From an uncultured Acidimicrobiia bacterium (GTDB lineage: Bacteria > Acidobacteriota > Terriglobia > Versatilivoradales > Versatilivoraceae), in contig CAWBAT010000005.1 in the NCBI GenBank assembly GCA_963786955.1, positions 1,216,001-1,280,000 on the forward strand: a stretch of 64,000 nucleotides of DNA, given 5' to 3'. The notes beneath the pieces are model-generated. The model was not told the origin of the DNA and did no database searches. It worked only from the letters and a program-made list of their open reading frames with translations. Positions 61,444-64,000 of this stretch are shown here, in pieces (positions within the stretch are counted from its first letter, which is position 1; each line of letters begins with the position of its first letter). The position numbers and the translations under genes were made by a program.

Positions 61444-62769
61444 GTGATGGTAGATACTGTACTTCGAGAGCGTGAAAACCAGGGTCGTCCGATCCGCGTC
61501 GGAATGATTGGAGCCGGCGCGACGGGCCGTGCCATTGCCCTGCAGCTCGGGACACCAGTTCCGGGGATTCGTCTGGCGGCGATCGCAAACAGAACGCTAG
61601 CGCACGGTGAGCGGGCATTTCGCGAAGCCGGCATCACGGAGTGGAGTCGGGCAGGATCTGCACGCGAGGCGGAATCGGCGATCGGCCGTGGGCTTCCAGT
61701 GCTTACGGATGATCCCTCGTTGCTGACCAGCTGCGACGCTGTCGATATCCTGGTAGAGGTGACGGGCACCGTGGAAGCCGCAGCCCATGTTGTGATCGAT
61801 GCGTTCGACCATGGCAAGCACGTGGTCCTAGTGAACGCGGAGCTCGATTCGATGCTCGGTCCGATTCTCAAAGCGAAAGCAGACCTGGCCGGGGTGGTCC
61901 TTACCCACACGGACGGGGATGAGCCGGGTGTGGCGATGACCCTCTTTCGCTATCTCCGATCGCTAGGACTACATCCCGTGGCCGCGGGCAACCTTAAGGG
62001 GATGGTTGACTACTACCGGACCCCCGAGACCCAACGGGCATTTGCCGAGAAGAATGACCAGGATCCCAGGAAGGTGACTTCGTTTGCAGACGCCACGAAG
62101 TTATCCATGGAGGCAACGGTTCTGGCAAACGCGACAGGCTTCCACGTGGGTCGCCCTGGCATGTATGGCCCTGCCTGCAAGTATGTTCGCGAGATGGCAA
62201 ATCTGCTCCCCGCCAACCAGATGCTCAGCACCGGCCTCGTGGACTATGCCCTTGGAGCCGCGCCCTACACCGGTGCCTTTGTCATCGTTCACGAAGCATC
62301 GCCACTCAAAAAAGCTCAGTTAGCCTACTACAAACTGGGCGACGGGCCATTTTACGTTTTTTACACTCCGTTTCATTTACCTCACATCCAAATCGCCTCG
62401 ACCATCGGTCGAGCAGTTATTCATCGCGATCCGACCGTTGCACCCATCGCCGGGCCTGTGTGTGAGGTCGTGACAGTCGCAAAGAAAGATCTGAGAGCAG
62501 GTGAACATCTTGACGGGATCGGTGGCTTCTGCACCTATGGGCTTGTGGATAACACTGTCGCCGCTCGCGCGCGAGCAGCGCTCCCAATAGGCCTCTCGGA
62601 AGGCTGCGTATTGCTTCGGGATGTTTTGAAAGACGAGGTGCTCTCTTTCGATGATGTGATATCACCACCGGACCGATTGGTCGAAACCCTCTGGCGTGAA
62701 CAGAACGCACGTTGGGCGACCGCAGCAGGAGAAACTAAGGCACGGTTAAAGCAAGAAACGACTGCATGA
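61444..62769 (+). CDS. NAD(P)-dependent oxidoreductase (homoserine dehydrogenase-like) with C-terminal SAF domain
   Basis: GMIGAGATG, NAELD, DGDEPG, SFADATK, AKKDLRAGEHLDGIGG. Confidence 0.85.
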   Translation: MMVDTVLRERENQGRPIRVGMIGAGATGRAIALQLGTPVPGIRLAAIANRTLAHGERAFREAGITEWSRAGSAREAESAIGRGLPVLTDDPSLLTSCDAVDILVEVTGTVEAAAHVVIDAFDHGKHVVLVNAELDSMLGPILKAKADLAGVVLTHTDGDEPGVAMTLFRYLRSLGLHPVAAGNLKGMVDYYRTPETQRAFAEKNDQDPRKVTSFADATKLSMEATVLANATGFHVGRPGMYGPACKYVREMANLLPANQMLSTGLVDYALGAAPYTGAFVIVHEASPLKKAQLAYYKLGDGPFYVFYTPFHLPHIQIASTIGRAVIHRDPTVAPIAGPVCEVVTVAKKDLRAGEHLDGIGGFCTYGLVDNTVAARARAALPIGLSEGCVLLRDVLKDEVLSFDDVISPPDRLVETLWREQNARWATAAGETKARLKQETTA

Positions 62770-62842
62770 ACAGCTCCATAAGAGTTATGTCGCTCCACAG
62801 GCAACAACGGTTGCAGCGCCAACCGAAAAATCGAGAGAGATT

Positions 62843-64000
62843 ATGACAATGCCAAACATTATAGTTCTAGGGAGCGGAATGGGCGGGTTCGGAGCTGCTT
62901 ACCGGCTACACAGCGAAGGCATTACACCGGTAATGTACGACCAGAACTCTTACCATGGGGGCCACACCGCGTCGTTTCGACACGACGAGGGCTTTCTCTT
63001 TGACCAAGGCCCCCACATTTCTTTTACGAAGGATCCACGCATTCAAGACCTTTTTGCTGACAGTGTTGATCAGCAGTACGAAACCGTGCAGATCAGGTTG
63101 AATAATTACTGGCGTGGTTACTGGCCACTGCATCCGGTTCAGCTCCACCTTCATGGGCTGCCGGAAGACGTCATAGTAAAGGTCATTACCGACTTTGTGG
63201 AGGAGCGTCAGCTCCCCGAACGACCGATAAAGAACTATGAAGACTGGCTATTCGCAAGCTTTGGTCGGACATTTGCCGAGCTTTTTCCCATGCAATACAC
63301 GCGAAAATACCACCTCACGACGGCTGCGAACATGAGCACCGATTGGCTGGGTCCACGGATCTACCGCCCTACCCTCGAAGAGGTTCTACACGGTGCGCTC
63401 TCGTCTTCAGCTCCACACGTCCACTATATTACGCATTTCCGTTATCCCACCGAGGGTGGATTCATGTCCTACCTCAAGAAATTCGTCCCGCTGGGAAATC
63501 TTAAACTTAATCATAAGTTGGTATCTCTCGACGCCAAGATGCAACAGCTTAGCTTCTCGAATGGTTCTGTGGCGAAGTACGATGCACTCGTCTCTTCGGT
63601 ACCTCTGCCAGATCTCGTGGGTATGATTAAAGGCGTACCGACAGATGTTCTAGACGCTTCCCGACGACTGGCCTGTTCAACTTGCGTCCTGGTGAATGTC
63701 GGCGTGAACCGCGAAGACCTTTCCCGGGCGCACATGAGTTATTTCTATGACGAAGACATTTGTTTCACACGCCTCAGCTTCCCCCACATGCTTTCGGCCC
63801 GAAACGTTTCTCCCGGCACTGGAAGCATTCAGGCAGAGGTCTATTTCTCTGACAAGTACAAGCCCCTGACCGGGTCCCCTCAAGACTGGATCGAACCTGT
63901 TATAAAAGATCTCCACAGCTGTGGGCTCCTACGTGAGGATGACCGAGTCCTTTTCAGCAATGCCATGCTGGTGAAGCATGCCAACGTCATTTTTGATCTT
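62843..64000 (+). CDS. FAD-dependent oxidoreductase (protoporphyrinogen oxidase / UDP-galactopyranose mutase-like), partial
   Basis: My translation: MTMPNIIVLGSGMGGFGAAYRL...GGHTASF...FDQGPHISF...FRYPTEGGF; open to the window end. Confidence 0.82.
   Translation, partial: MTMPNIIVLGSGMGGFGAAYRLHSEGITPVMYDQNSYHGGHTASFRHDEGFLFDQGPHISFTKDPRIQDLFADSVDQQYETVQIRLNNYWRGYWPLHPVQLHLHGLPEDVIVKVITDFVEERQLPERPIKNYEDWLFASFGRTFAELFPMQYTRKYHLTTAANMSTDWLGPRIYRPTLEEVLHGALSSSAPHVHYITHFRYPTEGGFMSYLKKFVPLGNLKLNHKLVSLDAKMQQLSFSNGSVAKYDALVSSVPLPDLVGMIKGVPTDVLDASRRLACSTCVLVNVGVNREDLSRAHMSYFYDEDICFTRLSFPHMLSARNVSPGTGSIQAEVYFSDKYKPLTGSPQDWIEPVIKDLHSCGLLREDDRVLFSNAMLVKHANVIFDL

Noticed and set aside
1-64000. tRNA, rRNA, integrase, transposase, phage or defence genes
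   Set aside because: None recognised on either strand; small RNAs could be missed without covariance searches

Overview
This is a bacterial chromosomal window of roughly 50% GC. Gene content and order suggest Acidobacteriota, but that is an inference. The first 20.5 kb is housekeeping: mutS, tsaB-rimI, clpS, a Tat-exported oxidoreductase, bacilliredoxin, tatA, a GAF-PP2C phosphatase, a degenerate RpiB, hpt, accD-folC, a C26 glutamine amidotransferase, an MFS transporter, and cysH-cysD-cysN divergent from rrf2-cysK. Several of these genes carry single-base frameshifts that are most likely long-read errors. From about 21 kb to the end is a large surface-polysaccharide island. It starts with a mosaic Fn3/beta-propeller secreted protein, a thioesterase relic and a ligase-ACP-GNAT operon. 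Next is a regulatory trio (PilZ protein, receiver-less sigma54 activator, I-site-only GGDEF protein) with candidate sigma54 promoters. Then come a Wza/beta-barrel/Wzz/ExeA-ATPase/BY-kinase/priming-transferase export block, ugd and a UpxY-type antiterminator. The best candidate for an undescribed system follows: a carrier-protein tailoring line (AsnB-ACP-adenylating ligase-NadE-FabH-ACP-FabZ-AAC(3)), upstream of wzx, a GT2, rfbG/rfbC and two oxidoreductases. The island shows at least three duplicate-then-erode scars, which suggests two related loci were merged.
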